Positions 27,335 through 39,845 of a DNA stretch of 64,000 bases are shown here, piece by piece. The DNA is from Paramecium tetraurelia. Its lineage: Eukaryota. The notes under the pieces are model-generated. The model made no database searches and was not told the origin of the DNA. It was given only the letters and a program-made list of their open reading frames with translations. The translations under genes were made by a program, and so were the position numbers. How positions within the stretch are numbered: the first letter of the stretch is position 1; the number at the start of each line of letters is the position of its first letter. Where the stretch lies: contig CT868058.1 in assembly GCA_000165425.1 (NCBI GenBank), forward strand, positions 1 through 64,000. The letters run 5' to 3'.

Positions 27335-27496
27335 CTACTCTTATTGAAATTCTTTAATTAAGTTTTCCAAAAAAGAAATTACAATATATAAACCAAAATT
27401 TTCTGTTATTTTCTGATATTATATTGGGTATTAAAATATCATAAAAATTATATAGTCACAATTCAGATATATCTCAATGGTTTGTAATTTATTAAG

Positions 27497-27780
27497 ATGT
27501 CTAAGGAATCGAATAAATTATTGTAAAGATCTTTGACAAATTTCCTGTTATCGGTATATAGATAAGCTTTTAGATTCAATAACAATAAATTTTTCCAAAG
27601 TATTTAAGTAATGCTTTGAAAGAGTTATTTGAAAATTTAAAGTAACCCATCTTACATGAGCTAATTCTCAGATTAATGAGGTATTTTCATATTTGGGGTT
27701 TCAGTCTTGGCAATCTTCCACTACAGGAGATTGATAATTAAGTAGAATCTGAGTCAGTATAATTTAACAATAACTAATGA
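27497..27780 (+). CDS. Possible short hypothetical protein
   Basis: ATG 27497 plus two intron-like GT..AG segments (20 and 24 nt) give a ~80-aa ORF ending TGA at 27780. No recognisable motif. Confidence 0.3.
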
Positions 27781-28057
27781 ATGAGAAAATGTCATATCAA
27801 CTTTTGATTTTTTGTAAAATGGAAGTGGAAGTTCATTAATAACTCTAAAAGGATTGAATCAGGGTTTAAGATTTAAAGCTTAAGATTGTGAAATAGTAAA
27901 TGAAAATTATTGTTGGTTCCTTCTTTAAGAGTTTGCATATTGACTAAATAATTATAATTATTATATTGCATCGTAATGGATTTATTTATATATATATTTT
28001 CAATTATACTAATGAATTTTAATGTATTTACGTCCTGCAATTAATATATTTAAGGCG

Positions 28058-29491
28058 ATGGACCTTGCAGTTGCATATAGGAGTATCCCAGCTCCAAGTC
28101 ATCCTGATATAGATTGGGTTATGATAACATCATTCAGTGCTTAATTAACAATTTTAGGATTCGCATTTATAGGTTCGGGAGCGGTTCGTTATAAATCAGT
28201 TCAATCATCAGTGATAACAGTGCTATTGGGATCAGTTATAACCATTTTCTTTTTTTGGCTTGTAACGAATAAAATAATAAATAATTGATAGATAGGATAT
28301 GGTTTTGCATTTGGAGATGAAATGGGAAATTAATTCATTGGTTTTGGTAAATTTGCAGGAGCAGGATATTCTGCTGAATTCTAGAAAGACGATTATTCAA
28401 ATTTCAGTAATAGATTTTTTTTATACTTTAGTCCACTCAACAGTTGGAGCTGTAATAGTTGCATCTCTATTTGGATTGGGTACCTTAGAGAGATCTAGAT
28501 ACTTTTCTGTTAGTGTATGTTTAGCATTCATCACAGCAATATTGTATCCAATAGCACTTCATTGGGTCTAACCTACAGGATGGTTGAATACCATAGGATT
28601 TGTGGATTTTGCAGGAGCAAGCTATATCCACTTGTTTGGTGGTATTTTAGCATTGGTTGTTTCAATATTTTTGAAGGAGAGACGAGGTAAAAGAGGCTAT
28701 GTAGATCCAAGTATTTTCCTACATCATTCTCAAATTTATATTGGATATGGATCATTTATTCTGACAATAGCAATATTAATATTCGTTAATGGAGCTAACT
28801 CAGAAGGAAAATTTGATAAATACAACTAGGGATTGATAGCAACCAACACTATCGTAGCATCTGCATTCTCAGCTCTCACTAGTTTCTTTTTATACTACTA
28901 GCAGACTCTCAAGTTAAGCTTAATTGCTCTATCCAGAGGTAGTGTGGCTGGAATTGTTGCTATTTCAGCTATGGCTGATGATGTTCGAATCTGGTAATCT
29001 GCTTTTACTGGTGTCTTGGCTGGAATTGTTTATATTTTTCTCATCCTTGTAATAAAGAGATCTCCCATTGATGACCCTGCTTACACTATTGCTTCGCACT
29101 TGGTATTGCTACTAATTTTATTCTTTAGGGTCCTGGTCTCTTGGGAACCATTCTGGTTGGTTTTCTAAGTCTTACCCATGGTTTGATGACTGGGCATGGT
29201 TTCAAATAATTGGGATTATAAATAGTAGGAATCATTGTATTGGTTTTATGGGCACTTTTTGTTGCATTAGGACTCTAAGCTGCAGCCTATTGGATTCCAA
29301 AAAGTAGTATTGATGTTTTTAAGATTCATCTATTCCAAGAAGCTTAGGGAATCGATATTAGTTATGGTAATTAGTATTTTAAGCATTTATTAGCTGAAGG
29401 GGAAGCCATTCAATTGCTCGATTACCAGCCAGAACCTACTTTGTTGAGCAATTTTCCCAAGAGGGGAGTCTTTGAATTTTCAAGCAATTGA
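28058..29491 (+). CDS. amt: Ammonium transporter (Amt/Mep/Rh family), divergent
   Basis: GFAFIGSGAVRYKS, GYGFAFG, GTLERSR, YPIALHWV, GFVDFAGASYIHLFGG, IDDPAYTIASHLG. Four tiny introns. TGA 29489-29491. Confidence 0.9.
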
Positions 29492-29527
29492 ATAAATAAG
29501 TAAATATTAAAAAATTCAATTTAAATT

Positions 29528-31347
29528 ATGCACAATATCACTGTTGCCATTAGAGTCAAGCCAGTTTAATAAAGTTTCAAAACCATTATTGTTAAATGGC
29601 TCCACGGTCACTCTGCTTGATCCAGAATTAGAATTCAATAACCCTGTCGATGTAAAATGACATTTCTATATTATATTTTACATCCTAAAGATCCTGAAAA
29701 AGAATAGAATTAAAGATGCATCTTATGAGTTTGACCTTGTCTTTGATTAACAAGCCGATCAAAAGGAAGTCTATGAAAAATCAGCAGAACCCCTTCTCGA
29801 TGATCTTATTTCAGGTTAAAATGTAACTATTTTTGCATATGGAGCAACAGGAAGCGGCAAAACTCATACGTATATTTATCATCCCTAATTTCTTATAGCA
29901 TGATGGGAAGCCAGAATCAGCAAGGCATAATACCAAGAGCTTTGAATGATTTGCTTGGTCGATTGTCAAAAGAATAAGCAGCTCAAGTATCAACATTCCT
30001 AATCTCTAGGCCTCACTCACCTTCTTAGAAATATACAATGAAACTATTCGAGATCTCTTAACTGGGAAGCTTTTGGACTTGAGAGAAGATGGCAATAAGG
30101 GATTGGTGGTTGTGAACTTATTCAAAGCGCCTGTCCCCTCTCTTAATGATATAAACCAATACATCAAATACGGGAACAGCAGAAGAGCAAAGGAGCCAAC
30201 AGGTGCTAATGAGAACTCTACACGTTCTCACACAGTTTTGCAATTGATGCTAAAGCAATGCACCTTTACCTTTGTTGATTTGGCTGGTTCTGAAAGAGCT
30301 TCCCAAACCACTAACAAAGGACAAAGAATGGTTGAGGGAGCAATGATAAATCGATCACTTTTAGTTCTTGGCAATTGCATCAAGGCCTTATTCTCAAAGG
30401 AATAATTTGTGCCTTTTAGAGGCAGCAAGTTGACGAGACTTTTAAAGGATGCTCTCCAAGGCAATTCTAAAACTGTCATGATCGCTAATGTTGCTCCCAA
30501 CAATTATGAGGATTCATTTAATACACTCCTTTATGCTCACAGAACTAGGAATATTGATCCAACACCTAACAATTTCTAAGAGATGATTGTTTAATTAAGG
30601 GAAGAGAATGAAGACATCAAAAAGACTCTCAAGAAATAAAATAGTTAATCCAAGATGCAGTTACAAATTGAGCAGTAATTTAAAGAGCAATAGAGATAAG
30701 AGAAGATGGATAAGCAATAATCATAACAATAAGTTTAGTAAATTCAACAGTAATAAATTCAATAGCAACAAGCAGAAAAATAAGCCTATGATGAAGAACA
30801 AATTAAATCAATTATTTTAAAGTAATTTGCTTAGGAATCAGAGTTAATTAAGTCATTGTTTAAGTTAGAGGATGCTTTGATGCAGACTCATCTAGACATA
30901 GTTGAATATTAAAAATAGCAGAGTGTGTAATTCCAATAGAAGACTGAGGATCTGATTACTAAATGCACTGATTCAATTAATAATACAGAGAATGAGTAAT
31001 TTGAAATTGCTATGAAGTATAAAGCAATCTTACAGTAAAGAAGAAAAATATATGATGTATATTATTTATTTGATAATTAAATTTAGTAATGCATGCAAAG
31101 TCAATTTCAATCAGTCAAGGATGAATTTAGAAAATAGGTTCAAAATATAGAGAAGATGAAGGGTTTACAGAGTGACAAGAGGGAAGAAGTGATGAAGAAG
31201 TTTAAGGAGTTGGAAATAGAACATCTTAAAAAGATTTCTAATTAAAAAAATGGGAATCAACCCTAAATTGATGAGGAAACCTTAAAAGAAATTAAGAAAA
31301 ATAGATTGCAAAGTTTAAACAAACAAATTAAAGACGGAAAATTGTGA
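29528..31347 (+). CDS. N-terminal-motor kinesin (kinesin-8-like) with coiled-coil tail; apparent +1 frameshift near the 5' end
   Basis: [10 protein letters not shown]-loop [57 protein letters not shown]. Read from ATG 29528, the frame hits TGA at 29618 unless it is shifted or spliced. Confidence 0.88.
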
Positions 31348-31385
31348 ATGAATAAAATATTAAAATAAAAAAAATTGACTATTAA

Positions 31386-33354
31386 TCAAATTTCTTGATT
31401 CTTCTTGTCTTCCAATTTCTCATAAATTTGATCAGCTATTTCCTTAGAGATCTTAGAATCTAAATATGGAATCGCAACAACTAAAATAATTTATCTATTT
31501 ACATGATCCATTTGTTAAATTGACTTTCAATAATTATGTTATTATTTTTGGATTTTTATCATAATATCCTTGTTCTGCTTCATAGTGTTGAATTATAAAG
31601 AAATTCCCGTAAGCTAGAGCACCTTCAGAATCTTGAACAGGACTGAAGATGTCATTACCAATTGTTTTTCTTTTGTATGGAGTGAGCACGTGCTCTGGAG
31701 GGTCCAAAGAGAATAAATCATTCATTTTTAGAGTTGCATTACCCCAATCAAATGTGTAGACTTGTCTTTGATCAGTATTTTTGAACTTCATGCTCTCTCC
31801 AGATAATAGCAATTAATTGGTTCCATAATAGGGACAACTAAATACAGGATTTGCCAACACACTTCTATGATATGGATCATCATCAAGGAATTTAACTTAA
31901 AAATCCTATTTTTATTCCCCAACAAACTTTTCCTCTTTACAAGCAAATATCTAACCCAAGTGTTATTGAGGTCCTCTGTGATTTCCGAAACTATCAGGCT
32001 CTCTAGAGACCCCTCCAAAGAATACAATCAATTTATCAAAGGCAAAGTGACTAATTGTGAAGAAGCTTCCATCAAACCTTTCCACAAGTTTTAATTTCAG
32101 CTCTTCCCAACGATTGTTCCTAAATACATACTAACAATTCAATAATTCATGTCGAATTGCATTATCAAAATGTTATATTTACTTCTGACCATAGAATACA
32201 AATAGCAATCTAATGATTATAAATTTGATATTACTATTTATAGCATGTTCCCATGAAATTATAACCTTCCTTTGGCAATTTAGGCAATTCCGTTATTTTT
32301 GCTTCTTATCCATTCTAAATCATAGATTTTGGGAAGGAAATCTAAAGTACTTAATCAGACTACTAACCTCTCTCCGCCTTTCTTCCTCCAATCACATATA
32401 TGTGATTATGAGTAAGGCTTCCCTCCCCTTTGATGTAGAGTGCCTATTCTAACTATACATACGGTTATCCTTTAAACTTTAATGAAAACTCGTACCAAAT
32501 ACCATATTACACCAAATAAACAATTAGCTACATAAAATTGTATTATTACTATTGATTAAACTTGATTGTTCGTAGTTATCTTCTTGAATGCAAAGACATA
32601 ATCTTTTTACAAGGATTGTTTTCCCAAAGATATTAATTTCATGGATTTAGTCAAGACCTACTTAAGGTCAAACTTCCTAAGTGCAACTTAAGATTGTAAA
32701 TCCTTAAAAGTCAATTAAGATTTATTAGGTAATTTAAGTGTCTTTTAAATTCTACTATAAATTAATGATTGCAATTTCACTAATGTTTAACTAATTTCAT
32801 CTGCAATCAAAGCGTTTTCTGGCGAAGTTAACTCTAGATTAAGTCCCTGTTGTCTTTTAGTTACTCCCAATACGGGATTTGAGCCTGCAAATTAAAATCT
32901 TTTCTTAGTTATTTTTTCTTCAACATAATAGCTCTTGTTGCTATGCTTGTATATCAATTGAGATGCATTTATTTAAATATCAGGGTTCCTTATCTTGAAG
33001 AGTTCTAGCGCTTATAAAACATGATAGAAAGTGTAATCGACACCATATTCTTTAAAATTTGCAAACTTTCTGCATCCAGGACAAGCGAAACCACTTTGAA
33101 GTATTATGAATAGCATACCTAGGTTCGACCTTTTTATACATTAATGAATAATGTTCAAGCCAACATTCTAATTCAAATACGCAATGAATGTATCCAGTAG
33201 GATTATGTCTGATTGGTATAGTCACAGGTAGTTTAGAAAATTGGCAGATTGTCGTAAGTAATACTTCTTAATTGCCAAGCTTATCTTATAGTAGTCTCTA
33301 AAATGATTGACTTGTATTTTAGGATTTTAATAGCATTTTATACTCTTCTGACAT
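31386..33354 (-). CDS. SP-RING/MIZ-like zinc finger + Kelch-like beta-propeller protein
   Basis: N-terminal ICQFSKLPVTIPIRH..IHCVFELECWL..FACPGCRK..GVDYTFYHVL. C-terminal Kelch-like YVIGG, LFVFYGQ, NNRWEEL, LIVFFGG. TGA at 31386. Confidence 0.72.
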
Positions 33355-33411
33355 TTCTATTAATTATATTTATAAAATAATCAATTATTATTGAATTGAT
33401 AACAAAACATT

Positions 33412-36400
33412 TCAATTGACTTCCTTGAAAAAGTTACTTCGTTACTTTTGAATGCCTTAATAAGGTTTTTAAATCTTCCTTAGACTCCTCATCATCATTG
33501 GACTCTTTGCATTTTTGGATGTTTCTCCAAGTCTTCTTAGCTTCCAACCTTTTTTGATGGCCATAAAGAAGAATGAGTAAACAGAATATTCGGGATACAA
33601 TCTTTTTTTACCAAAGAATCGTTAAACTTTCGCATATCTAAATTTATTGTGTTAAAAGATTAATTACCTCTTTATAACCATATCATAATTATGTAATGGC
33701 TAATAGATTAAAAAGATATGCATTTTATCAAAGCCAGGTAACATCGGGGCTATTGTTTGGGTACTCATATGTTAATTGTTTTGAGTGTTATTCTCTGTAA
33801 AGAGTGTCTGATTATTATTTGTTGTAGTTCTTTTCATTTGTACTCTGGGATTGTTAGCAAGATTTTTAATATCCATATCTGATTTTTATGGAGCAACCAT
33901 TATCAACTTTTAATCAATTGACAACCTATGTGGCTGATGATTGTGGTCTTCATTAGATGCACTTCTTGATAATTACTTTTTAAGTTGGGGTTGTGGTAAA
34001 GCAAGAGAAGGTCGAGGATTATTCTATTGAATCAAGGTAAGTTAGGGCTTTGTGTGAGGCAATACGAATTAGTCTTGAGTTTCAGAAAGATTCTTTGAAT
34101 TAAGCAAGTCGTCTTTATAAGCTATGTATAATGAGATTATGGTTACAATCTTTGGTTAGACTCCCTCCAAAACCTGCGGTTTACAAAGTTGATTTAGGTA
34201 TATTGGATTTTCTATAGTAATTGATGGTTGCGTTTTAACCGTCGTCATCATCAGCATTTTAGAAAGCTGTACCAGATATACTATTTTCATTATTTTCAAC
34301 TAAAAATCATGTCGAAATCTACCTTATTCCATCAGTACTTCTTCATCTTCATATGCATCATTCATTTACAAGGTATGAGAGTCGCCATCGTCGTAACCTT
34401 TTGCATAAGCATCATTCTGAAAATCTTGTCCACGAGTTGAATTCAATTAGAAATTGGTCCATGCATTATACTTACCCATATCCCTTCTGGAATATCTTTA
34501 AGATCTTCTTTGATTCACAGGATAAAACTCTTTTTTGATGATCTTTTCTTTGTCAGCACAAAAATGCAAGTAATTACAATTTTGAATTAGATGAGAATTG
34601 CTTTGACAACTAAAGCAGTTGAGCGACAAGGCTCCATAATCGCCATTTATAATGCGATCTCTGATTTCACAAAACCTTTCATAATCATCTGGATAAGAAG
34701 ATATGACATTTAAGAATTTGGCTCTGGATATTTTGAATACTCTAGTAAACCCCTTTGAGATTGCAGTGGCAGTCCTGGAATTTCCAGTAAAAAAGGCCAG
34801 TTCTCCAAAGCAGTCAAATTAATTGTAATTTTGGAATGTATTCCTCTTGACCCTTTCTTTGACCTAATTGGCTTCGAAGATCAACTCAACTTCCCCTTTG
34901 GTGATAACGTAGAGGGAACAATCATCCAGTTCGTTAATCTTATAATATTTCAACAGAACTTACAGTGATAATTCTTTCTTCTGGTGAGTATGCTTGTTCC
35001 TCCATGTAATGTAGCAGACTCTTGATGAAGGATTCAGAAAATAACTTCATAATTATTTTACAATTCTTTAAGATGTTCCCTCTTAATTGATACTGTAATT
35101 CATCTTGTAAATGTTTGCTAAGCTTATTAACAATGGATCCGACCTCATCATCATTCATTTCCTACTCCTCCTGCCAAATGTACTCTAAGTAACTCCTTAC
35201 TTTGGTCTGTAATTCAAATTGTATCTTATTTTTACTCATATAGGTATTTATTAAACTAACAGTCCTATTGTACTCCATGGTGCCTTTGTACATGTTAGAC
35301 ACAAATATTCCAATGCTATTGACTGAATATGCAAACACAATCGACCCTATAAACATAGTTAAATTGTTAATGAGTAATTCCAAGTCGTTCTTGGCTGTGA
35401 TATCTCCATATCCAACTGTGGTCATCGTCATCGTAGCCCAATAAATGGCCACATTGTATTGAGACGCATTTGATTTATCTCTCAAATTATAGGCATCCAG
35501 CCAAGAAAAGGAACTATTGTAATAGGCTATCCCATGCCAAAGACAACCGCATATGTGTACAACACTCACGATAACCATTAGAACTTTCAATAGACCGACT
35601 AAATCATTTAGATAGCCACTTAGATTAAAGAACCTAAATAAGATGTTAGTTATGTACTCTTAAATTTGAGCTAGGATCTTGTTTATTTTGGTTATCCGCA
35701 ATATATAGAAGACAACGCAGAGGATTGACTAGATCAAGATCATGGTGTAGTCTTTGGAACTCAGACTCGGCACAAAGAATTGGACAGTCACAGTGAAAAA
35801 GGAAACCGCATAAATATATACATATAGTTACTAAATCGACAAATGCATTCTTGTTGAAATAGTTTACAATTATTCTTTTTCTGTCCTTGATTATTTGTCC
35901 TTTTTCAATAAAAGCTAAATTCATGCCCACCCCGATATCCAAAGCCAAAATCATCATCAGCAGGTATTCAATGGTACCACTTTTGGTCTCAGAGAACAAT
36001 TCACTAATGTGATAAATTTCAAATGATATTTTGTAAGGCAACCAAAAGAAAATAAGGAGATACGTAATAATTTGAAATGCATCCCAACATGCAATGAATT
36101 TGCTGTATGGTGTAAATACATCCACCATAATCCACAATTGAGAGGCCTTGCTATATTCATTTCCCTCACTTACCATCTGGAGGTCGTCCAATTATTAAAT
36201 TTAAAAAAAGCTTAATTGATTTAATTTTCTCAAATATGATCTATTCCACAAATTGTTTATGAAGTTATTCTGCAAACTCTTGGCAATGATTGTTTTTAAA
36301 AATTAAGGCTTAGATCCATATTGAATTTCTTCGTTCTCATAAGCAGACTGATTTTCAGATTTCTTGACTCCAAAAGTCTTTTACCTGACCAAAGACATTG

Positions 36401-36524
36401 GAATTTGTTGATGAAAACTGCTCAAACTATATTGTTGAAGATCTCCTTCCTGAAACCCAACTCTGCTGCTCAATAAAGGCGGGATGGGTCCTTTGAATTC
36501 CGAATCAACTGAACTCTCAAACAT
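33412..36524 (-). CDS. Cyclic-nucleotide-binding-domain K+ channel (EAG/HCN-like ciliate family)
   Basis: Pore YWATMTMTTVGYGDI, C-linker VRSYLEYIWQEE, CNBD LYVITKGEVELI..FGELAFFTGNSRTATA, downstream CFSC..H..QNC..LH. One required intron (35807-35831) has a non-AG end. Confidence 0.9.
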
Positions 36525-36728
36525 TATAATAACACAATTTAATTTTGATATATTTTTTAATTATTATTGTTGAAATTGTCTCTTTAATACGAAGATCAAA
36601 TTATGGACAAGAAGAGTCACGGTTGTTATTTTGTTCGTCCTCCTATACTATTATATTCCAATAATTATTACAAACTAATTTGTTAATTTGAATTCTCAAA
36701 TAATATTTTTATTTGATTTTTTAACGAA

Positions 36729-38381
36729 ATGCAGGAAATTTTGTAAATTGTATTTGATTTGGGCGAAAAGAAACAAGTAAAACTAAGATTCATATCAAGG
36801 AAACACTCAAAGTTTACAGGGATTCTGACCCTGCCCAATTGGCATATGATTTTGTCCAATAACATAATTTAAAAAATGAGGCTATTCCGATGATCGAGGA
36901 AACCATTTGGCATCACCTTAAATAAATGACGATCAATAAACCTCAATCGCAAGACAACATCTTCGATAGATTGCACAAAGAAGCATAGATCAAACAGCAA
37001 AGGAAACAAATCTAATTTGCTAATCAATAACTCAGTCAAAGGGGAAACATCCCATCTCCAGTTCTCAATTACAACCCTGGAGACGTGCTGTATCAGAAGG
37101 GAATCCAACACAAAGAATAGATGGAGTATCCTCCCCCTTTTTATTAATATCATTAGACGTTTGCAAGATTAGAAGAAGTTGGAGCAATCGTAAGTGGAGT
37201 ATCCATTTAAGCCGTTCATCAGCGAGAGGAGCCAACTCATAGCCAAACGACCGCATAAGCAATCAATGCCTGACTACTTGATGCAGATGGGCAAGGATAT
37301 GAGCAAACACAAAGATCAAATGCGGACGAGTAGATATCAAATAGAAACACAGGAGTGTTCATTTCGCCCAAACATAAACTAGATGTAGTTTTAATCAATA
37401 TCAACGTATGTAGAAGTCAAAAAATACTCATGGAGAAATCAAGAAATTCGCAATCCAACATTTATGATAGATTGTATAATGAGGGAATGCAATCCAAAGT
37501 AAAGCGTTTGAGCAACATGGACAATACTGAGAGCCAATCTCAAAGTTAACTATTCAATCAATAGAGTTCAAGAAAGCATAGCAAAACTGAAATTCCATTC
37601 TTAGAAAGGATGCAAATATCTGTCTTTGAGTAGAGGAAGAAGAAGGAAGCCCTTCAACCCCAACAAGAATTCGATCAAAGCACTGGACAAAAATTGTATC
37701 ATCCTCAAATATGTCGACCTCCCCTCTCTGTATTACTTAGTGTTTATTCTAGCGTAATGCTGATCATTTACCAATTGGGGAATATTTGTATCAGATGCGA
37801 ACAGTAAAGGAGGACAAATTTCATTTTCTGGTTGAGTAAGACAGACAAGAACAATAGAACCAAAGAGCAAGATCTTTGGACAAGTCTAATCAAATTTATG
37901 AGATGAAAAAGAGGAAATTCCTTTATGAGATTTTCAATTTATTAGATTCAGATGGTGATGGAGTGATCTCAGCATAAAGAATAGAAATATCAGCTATAAA
38001 TGCTGAAATCTTATAGATATTAACGCCCTTGTTATGCGAGATGGAATAAATTAATGCTTAACTAAATCAGCATCAATTCTATGAGGCAGCGTCCAGATTG
38101 ATATAAACTCTGCCCATAGTCGACAGAGATAAGTTGATGAAAGGGTTGTCAAACAAAAAGAAGACGAATCAAGAAGAGTATTCATTTTAGGTATGAGTGG
38201 CTGTTTAATATATTAGCCTTAATTGAATTAAAATTCGATGAGGATAGTCAGCACTAGATAAAATCATTCTGCTAGCAATCACAAACATCAAGTGCAACAA
38301 AAGGATGAGATGGCAGAATGTACATTCAAACCTAAATTATATACTCCACTTAAAATATATGAATTTATGCTTAATTAATGA
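36729..38381 (+). CDS. Hypothetical EF-hand protein with repeated E(C/Y)xFxP and DRLY motifs
   Basis: MQEILQIVFDLGEKKQETLKVYRDSDPAQLAYDF. Repeats EYPFKP/ECSFRP/EYSFQP/ECTFKP. EF-hand FNLLDSDGDGVISA. Several tiny introns. TGA 38379-38381. Confidence 0.8.
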
Positions 38382-38418
38382 ATGTTGTTATATTTATTTT
38401 TAAGCATTAATTATAAAA

Positions 38419-39820
38419 ATGAATTCCAAAATAAAGCTGGCTTTAGAGAAGATTGTTGGAACCACAAATATTTTAACACAGGATTTAAACCCCTTTAATA
38501 CAGATTGGATGAATAAATATGTTGGGTCTTCAGAAATCGTATTGACTCCTCAAACAACTGATCAAGTTTCTTAGATTCTTAGATTTTGCAATGAGAATGC
38601 ACTTAAAGTTGTGCCTCAATCTGGTAATACAGGATTGGTGGGAGGAAGTGTGCCAATTAAGGATGAAATAATTATTTCGATGAGAAAAATGAATAAAATT
38701 TATGAATTTGATTTAAACTCAGCCATAATAACCTCAGATTCTGGAGTGATTTTGGAGAACCTTAATAATTATTTATTCCAATACAAATGTTTCAAATATG
38801 ATAACTAAATTTAGATTAAATGCCTTGGGATTTGGGAGCAAGAGGATCTTGTTTGTTGGGTGGTAACATTTCAACAAATGCAGGGGGTTTGAATGTGGTT
38901 AAACATGGATTGCTAAGGAATTACGTTCTAGGATTGGAGGTAGTGTTGCCTAATGGAAAGATCTTGAACTTATTGAACAAAAACAGGAAGGACAACACTG
39001 GAACTGATTTGAAATAGCTGTTTATTGGATCTGAAGGAACTTTGGGCATTATCACAAAGGCAAATGTATTGTGTATACCTATTCCTAATGAGAAGAAGGT
39101 GTTCTTTTTAGAACTCAAGTCCTTTCAGGATGTGATTAAGGTGTAAGGCTTTATTAAATAGATTAGGTTTTATAAAAAGTGAAGAGGAATGAACAACTAT
39201 TGGCGTTTGAGTTTATGGAGGGTAAAATACTGCATAAGAATAAGCATAGACATAGTGGGAATAAGCTACCATTTGAATTTCAAGAGGATAAGTATTACGT
39301 TCTTCTTGAGATTGCTGGATAATCTTTGAATGTGGATTAGTTTAGTTTGGATATGATGGAATTCACTGAGGAAATTGTAATGGATCAAAGTGAAAAGGAA
39401 GCTTAATTTTTGTGGAAATTGAGGGAGGAGATTGCTGAATCGATGGGCAAGATGGGATATGTGTTGAAATATGATGTAAGCATTCCTCCTGATAAATTTG
39501 AATGGTTGGTCAATGAGATCTACCCTAAAAGAGAAGGTCCATTCCATGTATACTATGGTCATGTCGGAGATGGGAATGTTCACATCAATATAGTGTTTGA
39601 ATCGTTGTCGGAGTTGCACAAGGAAGAGGATAAAATAGAATAGAAGTTGTTTGGATTGGTGAAATCTCAAGGTGGGAGCATCAGTGCTGAACATGGCATT
39701 GGATAGCATAAGCGAAAGTATATGGAACTGCAAAAGGGAAGGGATGTGTTGGGATGTTTGAGTGAAATAAAGAGTCTATTCGATCCGAATGGTATTATGA
39801 ACCCGAACAAATTATTATGA
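38419..39820 (+). CDS. D2HGDH: D-2-hydroxyglutarate dehydrogenase-like FAD-linked oxidoreductase, copy 1
   Basis: [87 protein letters not shown]. Two introns. Confidence 0.92.
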
Positions 39821-39845
39821 AAGGAATACGCATATTAATTTTATA

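Noticed and set aside
29652..29690. 39-nt insertion in the kinesin as a retained IES
   Set aside because: It is bounded by GT..AG, not TA..TA, and removal restores the frame, so it is a somewhat long ordinary intron.
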